From contig NZ_BAAAFI010000040.1 of the NCBI RefSeq assembly GCF_039523455.1, forward strand, positions 1 to 24,000: a stretch of DNA of 24,000 nt, read 5' to 3'. The DNA is from Algoriphagus jejuensis (GTDB taxonomy: Bacteria; Bacteroidota; Bacteroidia; Cytophagales; Cyclobacteriaceae). Positions 1-6,844 of the stretch are shown here, piece after piece; positions within the stretch are counted from its first letter, which is position 1; every line of letters starts with the position of its first letter. Position numbers and translations under genes: made by a program. Under the pieces are notes generated by a model. That model was not told the DNA's origin, did not search any database, and saw only the letters and a list, made by a program, of their open reading frames with translations.

Positions 1-53
1 ATTTTCTTCGTGTGGTCATCACAGTAAATTTAAGGGGTTAATCATAACTTAAT

Positions 54-551
54 TTACTGTCCCGTTTTTGGGGGAATGCTCACAATTCTCTTTTGTTCTA
101 GCCTCCCTTGTTCGGAAAGAAATTCAAATGTTAACGCTCTATCGGTTTTTTGGATGTTTTTGAACAAGTCAGTCAATTGTAGAACTTGATTTTCTCTAAT
201 GGAATTGTCGATTTGATTGACATGAAATTCCAAACTGTAAATCTTTTCTGTCGAATGATTCAAAAGCGCCAGAGAAGTGAAACTGCTATCGGAAAAGTAA
301 AGTAAATAGTTCTTTTCTAGGTCGCCCCAAACAAATTGATCCTGTGAAATTCTGTTTATTTCCTTTCCTGACTCTTTGCTGATGAATATGATGTCTGGCG
401 AAGCGCAACAACCACTAATCCATTTGTATTGAAACAAGAGGTAGTTTGGATACTCTTTTAGAAAACCAAGTCCTGTCCTTTCGCATCCGTAAACTGTTTC
501 ATTTTCGCAGGATTTCAAAACCACTTTTTCATTGTTTTCAAAGTCAGCCAA
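54..551 (-). CDS. hypothetical Cys-containing protein, probably the C-terminal part of a frameshifted secreted protein
   Basis: The 165-aa ORF opens only 3 codons after an in-frame TGA, and its only start is TTG (549-551). It has no signal peptide of its own and overlaps the upstream signal-peptide ORF by 37 nt. I recognised no family. GC is very low: my hand count over 121-240 is about 31%. Confidence 0.4.
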   Translation of the reverse strand: MADFENNEKVVLKSCENETVYGCERTGLGFLKEYPNYLLFQYKWISGCCASPDIIFISKESGKEINRISQDQFVWGDLEKNYLLYFSDSSFTSLALLNHSTEKIYSLEFHVNQIDNSIRENQVLQLTDLFKNIQKTDRALTFEFLSEQGRLEQKRIVSIPPKTGQ

Positions 552-727
552 GCAGAATCACAGTTCCATTGCCAATACAGGCGGGAGCCATTCTGAAAAC
601 GTTGGTAATCACATTCGTAATGGTTTTCTTCAGCGATCTCAGCTTTGTCACAGGAGCATTCCAATTCTTGTGAAAATGCCTGAAAGGATATTGAAATTAG
701 TGTGAATATGAAAATTGCTGATTGCAT
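515..727 (-). CDS. small ORF with N-terminal signal peptide, probably the N-terminal part of the same disrupted gene
   Basis: An internal ATG at 725-727 (minus strand) gives MQSAIFIFTLISISFQAFSQ, a typical signal peptide, followed by a Cys-rich segment (ELECSCD..YECD..WNCD). The ORF stops at 515, inside the next ORF. The 110-aa version starting at 847 runs through a palindromic repeat and is unlikely. Confidence 0.35.
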   Translation of the reverse strand: MQSAIFIFTLISISFQAFSQELECSCDKAEIAEENHYECDYQRFQNGSRLYWQWNCDSAWLTLKTMKKWF

Positions 728-797
728 TGAAAATGTAATAGGAAGCAGATTTGACTTCCACATTTCATACTTAGTATAAATTCTTTCTGTTGTAACG

Positions 798-845
798 CTT
801 CGGAATTGCAAATTCCGAAGAACAGCGAAGAGCGGGAACCTCAAC
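798..845. repeat. palindromic REP-like element, copy 1 (CTTCGGAATT-gca-AATTCCGAAG ... AGCGGG-N4-TCAAC)
   Basis: A perfect 10-bp inverted repeat at 798-807/811-820 has a 3-nt loop. The hairpin and its AGCGGG-N4-TCAAC tail recur at 6276-6313. Copy 1 carries an extra 10 nt (aacagcgaag) flanked by GAAG. Confidence 0.75.
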
Positions 846-856
846 ATCAGGCTTTG

Positions 857-891
857 CCAATCTCAAATCTCAAACCTCGAATCCCAAATCC
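857..891. repeat. tandem heptanucleotide array, 5 units (ccaatct caaatct caaacct cgaatcc caaatcc)
   Basis: Read directly from the sequence. The five imperfect 7-nt units lie immediately 3' of the namZ-like stop codon (896-898). Confidence 0.75.
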
Positions 892-895
892 TCCT

Positions 896-2077
896 TCACT
901 CATAAATCAAATACTTCTCCCGCATCACCTTGTACCCATCCAGTCCGGCTTTCCAGCTTTCGCGGATTTCGGATTCGGTCTTTCCGGCCAGGATCTGCTT
1001 TTTCAGTTCATCGGTGCCCACTAGGGTGTTGAAGTAGTTGTTGAAAAACTTCTCCTTCATGCCTGACTTTGTGTACGCATCCAGAAGATAGCTCAAGGTG
1101 AAGTGATGATCCATAGCTTCCCCTCTGAGATCCACACCGTAGCAGAGCTTGTCCTGAAGCGGAGGAGTCTTGGACATGCCGTCTATGCTGACGGGGGTGA
1201 AGGTGAAGTCGCCAAACTTGGGATCAGGGTAGCCATAAACCTGGAAAGGAAAATAAGTGCCTCGACCAAGCGACACCACCGTGCCCTCAAAGAGGCAGGT
1301 ACTTGGATAGAGTTTGATAGCCAAGTCTGTGGGGAGGTTTGGAGATGGTTTTACCGGGAGGGCATAGGGATCGGCGTGGTTCCAGTTGGTGGCGGGAATG
1401 ACTTCCAAGTCTACGCTGAGGCCTCCTTTAAGCCATTTTTCACCATTGATCATCTGGGCCAGTTCGCCTACAGTCAGGCCATGAACGATGGGGATGTTGT
1501 GCATGCCCACGAAAGATTCGAAGCCGGGCTTTAACATCGGCCCGTCGATATAGCCTCCATTGGGGTTGGGACGGTCAAATATGATGACCTTTTTCCCTTG
1601 CTCGGCACAGGCCTCCATCACGTAGTGCATGGTGCTGATGTAGGTAAAAAAGCGCGTGCCTACGTCCTGAAGGTCGAAGATCACGACATCGAGATCGGCA
1701 ATCTGGGCAGCGCTCGGTTTCTTGTTGTTGCCATAAAGCGATACGATCGGCAAACCGGTCTTTTGATCTACGCTGTTGTCCACCTTTTCGCCCGCATCGG
1801 CCGTGCCACGAAAGCCATGCTCGGGCACAAAGACCTTTTTCACCGCGATGCCTTTCTCAAGCAGAAAATCCACCACATGTTGGTTGGCCGACTGGGGCAG
1901 GATGCTGGTTTGGTTGCCGACGAAACCGACCTTTTTCCCCTCTAGCAAAGGAAGGTAGAGATCCGCACGCTCGGCCCCGGTGAGAATAGTCTGCTGTGCT
2001 AGTGCCAAATGCTCCGTGCAAAGGCCAAGTGAAAACGCCAAAAAGTAAATCAGGAATGAATTTTTCGTTTGCTTCAT
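896..2077 (-). CDS. namZ: DUF1343 family exo-beta-N-acetylmuramidase (NamZ-like), secreted
   Basis: The 393-aa ORF has an N-terminal signal peptide (MKQTKNSFLIYFLAFSLGLC). Length and motifs match DUF1343 proteins as I remember them (VGFVGNQTS, VPEHGFRG, IFDLQDVGTRFFTYISTM, FDRPNPNGG). Confidence 0.8.
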   Translation of the reverse strand: MKQTKNSFLIYFLAFSLGLCTEHLALAQQTILTGAERADLYLPLLEGKKVGFVGNQTSILPQSANQHVVDFLLEKGIAVKKVFVPEHGFRGTADAGEKVDNSVDQKTGLPIVSLYGNNKKPSAAQIADLDVVIFDLQDVGTRFFTYISTMHYVMEACAEQGKKVIIFDRPNPNGGYIDGPMLKPGFESFVGMHNIPIVHGLTVGELAQMINGEKWLKGGLSVDLEVIPATNWNHADPYALPVKPSPNLPTDLAIKLYPSTCLFEGTVVSLGRGTYFPFQVYGYPDPKFGDFTFTPVSIDGMSKTPPLQDKLCYGVDLRGEAMDHHFTLSYLLDAYTKSGMKEKFFNNYFNTLVGTDELKKQILAGKTESEIRESWKAGLDGYKVMREKYLIYE

Positions 2078-2117
2078 GCTATTTTGCGGGGATTTCGAGC
2101 CAAATTAATACAAGCCC

Positions 2118-3335
2118 TTGAACCTTTCCTATTTCATTGCCAAAAGAATCAGTTTCAAGCAGGCCGGAGGTTTTTCTGGCACCATCCACCGGATTGCGGT
2201 AGGGAGTCTGGCTTTGGGCCTTGGGGTTTCGATCCTCGCGTTTATGGTGCTGGGCGGTTTTCAGGATACGGTTTCGGAGCGGGTTTTCGGATTCACAGGG
2301 CACTATCAGGTTCAGCGTTTTCAGATGAGCAATGCCTTCGAAGAGGTTCCTTTTTCGCTCAATTCCGAATTTTCCCAAAACACCGAAAAACTTCCTTTTC
2401 TGACACGGACGCAGACTTTTGCCCACAAAGCGGCACTGCTCAAGGGTGACGAAGAAGTAGAAGGGATTCTCATGAAGGGCGTGGGGAAAGACTTTGATAC
2501 CTTGGCTTTTGCGCAATACCTCGTCGAGGGGAGGATGATTCATTTGCCTGATTCTGGAGTGAGCAACGAGGTGATGCTCAGTAGCCTGATCGCCAACAAG
2601 CTGACTCTGGAGGTAGGGGATAAGGTCACGATGTACTTTGTCCAAAACCCTCCCCGATTCAGGAGGGTAGAGGTCGTGGGAATCTTCGAAACTTACCTCG
2701 AAAACTTTGACGAAAAGATCGTGGTGGGCGAGCTTCAGACGATTCGAAACCTGAATGGCTGGACAGTGGATCAGGTCGGCGGGCTGGAGATTTTCGTAGA
2801 TAATCCCAAGAAAACAGAGAACTATTTTCCCCTGATCGAAGATGAACTGGATCTTGACCTAAAGCTTGTAGATAGTCGGAAGAGGTTTTTGGAGATTTTT
2901 GACTGGCTGACCCTGCTGGATACCAACGTGATTGTTTTCGTGTCCCTCATCGGTTTTGTCGCAATTTTTAACATGGGTGCCATCCTTTTTATCCTGATTA
3001 TGGAGCGCACGCAGATGATTGGATTACTGAAAGCGATGGGAGCGAGAAACTCGCAGATTCGAAAAATATTCTTTTGGAACGGAATGAAAATCCTTGGAAG
3101 GGGCTTGGTCTTGGGTAATCTGATCGGTCTGGGAATCGGATTTTTGCAATATCAATTCAGATTGGTTCCGCTCGACGCGGCGAGTTACTACATGAGCTAT
3201 GTGCCGATTGAGTGGAATTGGCCTGTGTTTGTGGCGCTGAATATCGGTATAGCATTGTTGACCTCGCTGGTCTTATGGATTCCGGTGATGGTGATTTCGA
3301 GGGTTGATCCGATTAAATCGATCCGCTTTGATTGA
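2118..3335 (+). CDS. ABC transporter permease, FtsX-like / LolC-LolE family
   Basis: The 405-aa ORF begins MNLSYFIAKRISF, then has a first TM segment, a large periplasmic loop and three C-terminal TM segments. This is the classical FtsX/LolE architecture. It ends with the family-typical motif (RVDPIKSIRFD). Confidence 0.8.
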   Translation: MNLSYFIAKRISFKQAGGFSGTIHRIAVGSLALGLGVSILAFMVLGGFQDTVSERVFGFTGHYQVQRFQMSNAFEEVPFSLNSEFSQNTEKLPFLTRTQTFAHKAALLKGDEEVEGILMKGVGKDFDTLAFAQYLVEGRMIHLPDSGVSNEVMLSSLIANKLTLEVGDKVTMYFVQNPPRFRRVEVVGIFETYLENFDEKIVVGELQTIRNLNGWTVDQVGGLEIFVDNPKKTENYFPLIEDELDLDLKLVDSRKRFLEIFDWLTLLDTNVIVFVSLIGFVAIFNMGAILFILIMERTQMIGLLKAMGARNSQIRKIFFWNGMKILGRGLVLGNLIGLGIGFLQYQFRLVPLDAASYYMSYVPIEWNWPVFVALNIGIALLTSLVLWIPVMVISRVDPIKSIRFD

Positions 3336-4065
3336 GTTTGTAGGGGGAAAATATACTTTTGATTTTCATCCAAATCACGCCCAAAACGGCCTCTTTGAAG
3401 ATTTTCGAACTCATCTTGGAAGTGCCTTTGGTACGGTCGGTGAATATGATCGGGACTTCTTTGACTTTGAATCCAAGCTTCCAAGTGGTAAACTTCATCT
3501 CAATCTGGAATGCATAGCCGATAAATTTGATTTCATCCAATTTGATCCCTTCGAGTACGCTTCGATGATAGCATTTAAAGCCAGCCGTCGCGTCTTTGAC
3601 TGGAAGTCCGGTGACGAACTTGACGTATACACTTGCGAAATAGGACATCAAGACACGACCCATTGGCCAATTGACCACGTTGACGCCAGTGATGTAGCGG
3701 GAACCGATGGCTAAGTCAAAATCTCTCTCCTTTACTGCGTCGTAGAGGTGAATGAGATCTTTTGGATTGTGGGAAAAATCGCAGTCCATCTCAAAGATGA
3801 AGTCATAGGGACGCTCGAGTGCCCATTTAAACCCGGCGATGTAGGCTGTTCCTAGCCCGGATTTTCCTTTTCGCTCCAACAGGTGAAGTCGATCAGGATA
3901 ATTAGCTTGAAGGGATTTGACGATCGCTGCGGTACCGTCGGGAGAGCCGTCATCTATGACCAAAAGTTCAAAATCCCCTCTGAGTTCCATCACCGATTGC
4001 ACCATATCGCCGATGTTTTCCAGCTCATTGTAGGTGGGGATGATGACGAGTTTCCGGTTGGCCAT
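3313..4065 (-). CDS. GT2 family polyprenol-phosphate mannosyltransferase (Dpm1-like)
   Basis: Motifs: VIIPTYNELENI, LVIDDGSPDGT, and typical Dpm1-like C-terminal sequence. I prefer the ATG at 4063-4065 (MANRKLVIIPTYNE). The 4164 start would add 33 unrelated residues and overlap the divergent gene. The 3' end overlaps the convergent permease gene by 23 nt. Confidence 0.8.
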   Translation of the reverse strand: MANRKLVIIPTYNELENIGDMVQSVMELRGDFELLVIDDGSPDGTAAIVKSLQANYPDRLHLLERKGKSGLGTAYIAGFKWALERPYDFIFEMDCDFSHNPKDLIHLYDAVKERDFDLAIGSRYITGVNVVNWPMGRVLMSYFASVYVKFVTGLPVKDATAGFKCYHRSVLEGIKLDEIKFIGYAFQIEMKFTTWKLGFKVKEVPIIFTDRTKGTSKMSSKIFKEAVLGVIWMKIKSIFSPYKLNQSGSI

Positions 4066-4162
4066 ATTGCTATCAAAGGTCAAAAGTAAGGTTTCGGGCG
4101 GATTTTTGAAGAATGGCAATTGTGAATTTTGCTTAAAAGCTAGTTTTGCATAAAAAACATCC

Positions 4163-5053
4163 ATGCCACATCAAGTTGCCATCGTCAGCTATTTGTCCGT
4201 CGGAGCCTATGATTCCAATACTGTAGATGAAGACAAAATCTTGTCCTCGATCCTGACCGAATTGGGAATTGCGCACGAAATTCGGGTATGGTCAGATTCC
4301 TCCGTTGATTGGACAGGTTACAGCTATTTGTTGATCAAATCCCCCTGGGACTATTTTGATTATTATCCCGAATTTTTGGATTGGATTAAGAAAATCAGGG
4401 CGTTGGGAATTCCAGTTTGGAATGATTTGGATACCGTCGTCTGGAACTCGAGCAAGGAGTATCTTCTTGAAATTGAAGCCAAAGGTTTTCCGGTAGTTTC
4501 CGGAATGATCTTGAAAAAAGGAAGTAAGCCCGACATATTAGAGATAGCGGAAAAAGTCAAAAGTGGCACGATCGTGGTCAAACCTTTGGTCAGCGGCGGA
4601 GCAAAAAACACGCATAAGATTCCAGTGGAAAAATGGGTGGACTTTGAAGGGAAAGTCACTCAGTTCATGCAATTTGAGGATTTTTTGGTACAGCCCTTTG
4701 TGTCAGAGGTCGCTGAGGTGGGGGAATATTCCCTGATTTTTTTCAATAAAAAGTTTTCACACGCAGTCTTGAAAACTCCGGCTAAGTCGGATTTTCGGGT
4801 ACAGCACTATTTTGGAGGTACTATCCAAGAGATTCAGCCCAGCGTTGCGATGTTGGATTCCTGTCAAAAGCTAGTCAATGAATTTGGCTCAAAAACGCTT
4901 TATGCCCGGGTAGATGGGGTGGAGATTGGTGGCGTTTTCCATTTGATGGAGTTGGAGTTGATCGAGCCCTACCTGTTTTTGGCGTTGTCGGAAAAGGCGA
5001 TTCCAAATTATAGAGAGGCCTTGAGGGAGAGGCTTTTGGAGAATGTAGGTTGA
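4163..5053 (+). CDS. ATP-grasp fold protein (RimK / glutathione-synthetase-like), function unknown
   Basis: The 296-aa ORF resembles small ATP-grasp proteins by pattern recognition only (VWN..W..SK.YLLE, VVKP.VSGGAKNT, Y..VDG.E). A TAgtTTTG box lies at 4141-4148, 14 nt upstream of the ATG. Confidence 0.55.
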   Translation: MPHQVAIVSYLSVGAYDSNTVDEDKILSSILTELGIAHEIRVWSDSSVDWTGYSYLLIKSPWDYFDYYPEFLDWIKKIRALGIPVWNDLDTVVWNSSKEYLLEIEAKGFPVVSGMILKKGSKPDILEIAEKVKSGTIVVKPLVSGGAKNTHKIPVEKWVDFEGKVTQFMQFEDFLVQPFVSEVAEVGEYSLIFFNKKFSHAVLKTPAKSDFRVQHYFGGTIQEIQPSVAMLDSCQKLVNEFGSKTLYARVDGVEIGGVFHLMELELIEPYLFLALSEKAIPNYREALRERLLENVG

Positions 5054-5215
5054 GATGCTGAGCTCTCCGCGATTTGCGCAATCGCAAGGCTGGTTTCTAT
5101 GAAGTCGTCTGGCATTTCTACGCAGGGAGTTTTCTCCTATCGTCGTGATGACCTCTACCTAGCTGAGTCTACTTCGATCGTCGACATGACAGATGGCTAG
5201 ACGAGCTTATTTCCT

Positions 5216-6016
5216 TCACAAACAATACTCCTCCAAGTGACTATCTGCATAGTCACTGCCCTTTTTGGCTGCTTCTTGGATTAGCTGGCAGCCTTCCGGA
5301 TTTCCCATCTTAGCGAGGCAGATTCCTTTTCTGGCCAAGGCTTCGATATGATTGGGCTGATTTTTTAACACGAACTCAAAGTCCTCCAAGGCCCAGGGCA
5401 GGTAACCGATCTTCAACATAGCAAAGCCACGGTTATAGCGGGCGGCGAGGTTGTCCGGTTCTTTTTTGAGATAGGTGTTGAAAGAAGCCGCTGCGCCATA
5501 AATATCTCCGCGGCTTGCACGGGCCATGCCGGTATAGTAGTAGACCGGAGCAAATTCCGGATTCATCTTTTCCGCTTGCTTGAGAAAAATCTCAGCTCTG
5601 TCCCAGTTTTTGACCATCAACTGAGAACGACCGGTGAGGTAAACGATCTCAAAGTCCTCCGGTTCCAGACTTGCTGCCTTCAGGATATATAATTCTGCAT
5701 CTTGGTAAAACTCCCTTTCGAAGAGGATCTTCCCGATTGCAGCATACGCTTGTGCATAGTTGGGATCGATGTCGCGTATGCGGTTGAAGTCATCCAAGGC
5801 TTTATCGAAGTCTCCCAACTCTTCATAGCAGCGGGCTCGTATGTGTAAGGATTTTACCTCATTGACGTGAATAAACAAGCGTCGATTGATAGCCTGAATG
5901 GCCCGTTCGTATTTCCCATCCCTATACATAGCCTCGATCTGTGCGGGATCGGCTGAGCAGGAGAGCAGCAAAAACGTGCATGAGATGATCGTAGAAATAT
6001 TTAAAAATCGTTTCAT
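5216..6016 (-). CDS. TPR-repeat lipoprotein
   Basis: Lipoprotein signal with lipobox (FLLLSC). It is followed by repeated 34-aa TPR-like units (A..Y..G..Y...G....A...F..A...). Confidence 0.8.
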   Translation of the reverse strand: MKRFLNISTIISCTFLLLSCSADPAQIEAMYRDGKYERAIQAINRRLFIHVNEVKSLHIRARCYEELGDFDKALDDFNRIRDIDPNYAQAYAAIGKILFEREFYQDAELYILKAASLEPEDFEIVYLTGRSQLMVKNWDRAEIFLKQAEKMNPEFAPVYYYTGMARASRGDIYGAAASFNTYLKKEPDNLAARYNRGFAMLKIGYLPWALEDFEFVLKNQPNHIEALARKGICLAKMGNPEGCQLIQEAAKKGSDYADSHLEEYCL

Positions 6017-6218
6017 AACGAAATAAACAAAAATACAACCGGATTGTAAAGGGGAAGGGTTAAAAATTCTGGGAGGTCAGGAGGCGGTTTCAAGCTAAGC
6101 TCAGGTGGAGGTATTTTGGATAGAATTCCCATTTCGACTCCAAGTCATTTTGAAATCCTGCTCAACATCAAAGGGGGGAGGGGGATTGGGAGAGGATTTA
6201 ATCGTTGACTCCGTCGTT

Positions 6219-6313
6219 CCTCGGGATTTGCAATCCTAGGGCAGAATCTTTCGGATTACAAATCCTGAGATACAACTTCGGAATTGCAGATTCCGAAGAG
6301 CGGGCTTTTCAAC
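6219..6313. repeat. cluster of three GGAWT-loop-AWTCC hairpins (BIME-like); the third is copy 2 of the 798-845 element
   Basis: Hairpin cores are at 6224-6228/6232-6236 (GGATT tgc AATCC) and 6253-6257/6261-6265 (GGATT aca AATCC). A perfect 9-bp stem lies at 6276-6284/6290-6298 (CTTCGGAAT tgcag ATTCCGAAG), followed by AGCGGG-N4-TCAAC (6299-6313). Confidence 0.7.
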
Positions 6314-6323
6314 TCTCTTTTTC

Positions 6324-6360
6324 AAAAAAAAACTGCCGGAGGTTTAGCTCCGGCAGTTTT
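6324..6360 (-). terminator. rho-independent terminator after the cupin gene (A9 / 9-bp GC-rich stem / T4; looks bidirectional)
   Basis: The minus strand reads CTGCCGGAG-ctaaac-CTCCGGCAG followed by nine T. The stems are at 6333-6341 and 6348-6356, 28 nt downstream of the cupin stop. Confidence 0.85.
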
Positions 6361-6388
6361 ACAAATCGATCTTATTTTTAGGGCATTT

Positions 6389-6748
6389 TCAGATTCGATC
6401 CAGCTTCGTTTTGGTCAGTTCTGATTCAGCGTCACCCGTATTCAGGGTGCTGGCTGGCTCAAAGAGCATGACCCAGACTTCCTCTGTCGCCACAGGCCGA
6501 TGTTCGACTCCCTTCGGAACAATCAAAAACTCATTCTCTTCGATGGTCACCGTCTTGTCCCTGAATTCCATAGAAAGAGTGCCCTTTACAACAAAGAAAA
6601 GCTCGTCCTCAGCATCGTGTTTATGCCATACAAACTCGCCCTGAAGCTTAGCCAATTTGACGTGCTGGCCGTTGAGTTCGCCGACGATTTTTGGTGTCCA
6701 GTGCTCGCTGAAAAGTCCGAATTTCTCGTTTAGGTTAACTTTTTCCAT
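6389..6748 (-). CDS. cupin domain protein
   Basis: The 119-aa ORF carries cupin motifs (G.F.WH.H...DE.F.V..G and VP.GV.H.P). Confidence 0.8.
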   Translation of the reverse strand: MEKVNLNEKFGLFSEHWTPKIVGELNGQHVKLAKLQGEFVWHKHDAEDELFFVVKGTLSMEFRDKTVTIEENEFLIVPKGVEHRPVATEEVWVMLFEPASTLNTGDAESELTKTKLDRI

Positions 6749-6815
6749 TCTTTAAACAATAGAGGATAAATCTGTCTTACTAATCATATTCATAATCTCA
6801 TTTTGCTCGGCTGTG

Positions 6816-6843
6816 GACTGTCGTTTGTCGACCGTTGACGAAA
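6816..6843. repeat. heptanucleotide array, 4 units (gactgtc gtttgtc gaccgtt gacgaaa)
   Basis: It lies directly 3' of the hisB stop (6845-6847). It shares the 14-mer tgtcgaccgttgac with the hisG-hisD spacer (10491-10504). Confidence 0.7.
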
Positions 6844-6844
6844 T

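Noticed and set aside
21-60. A perfect 10-bp inverted repeat (acagtaaatt / aatttactgt) with a 20-nt loop spanning the stop codon of the first ORF, considered as a possible terminator.
   Set aside because: The stem is entirely AT-rich and the loop is large. No T-tract follows on the minus strand, and the repeat is truncated by proximity to the window edge. The evidence is insufficient.
871-891. A tRNA T-loop-like string (ctcgaatcc) and other GGATT/AATCC words that might hint at tRNA genes.
   Set aside because: There is no GGTTCGAATCC context, acceptor stem or anticodon arm. The string is part of the heptamer array. I found no tRNA or rRNA anywhere in the window.
6173-6195. The G-rich tract ggggggagggggattgggagagg as a G-quadruplex candidate.
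   Set aside because: It has only three runs of at least 3 G plus one GG. A canonical four-run G4 cannot be formed without zero-length loops. It is noted only as part of the patterned spacer.
6219-6298. A possible CRISPR array, suggested by the regularly spaced palindromic repeats here and by the heptamer arrays at 10418-10515.
   Set aside because: The repeat units are far too short (7 nt) or too divergent (the three hairpins differ). There are no unique spacers of 25-40 nt between identical repeats, and there are no cas genes.
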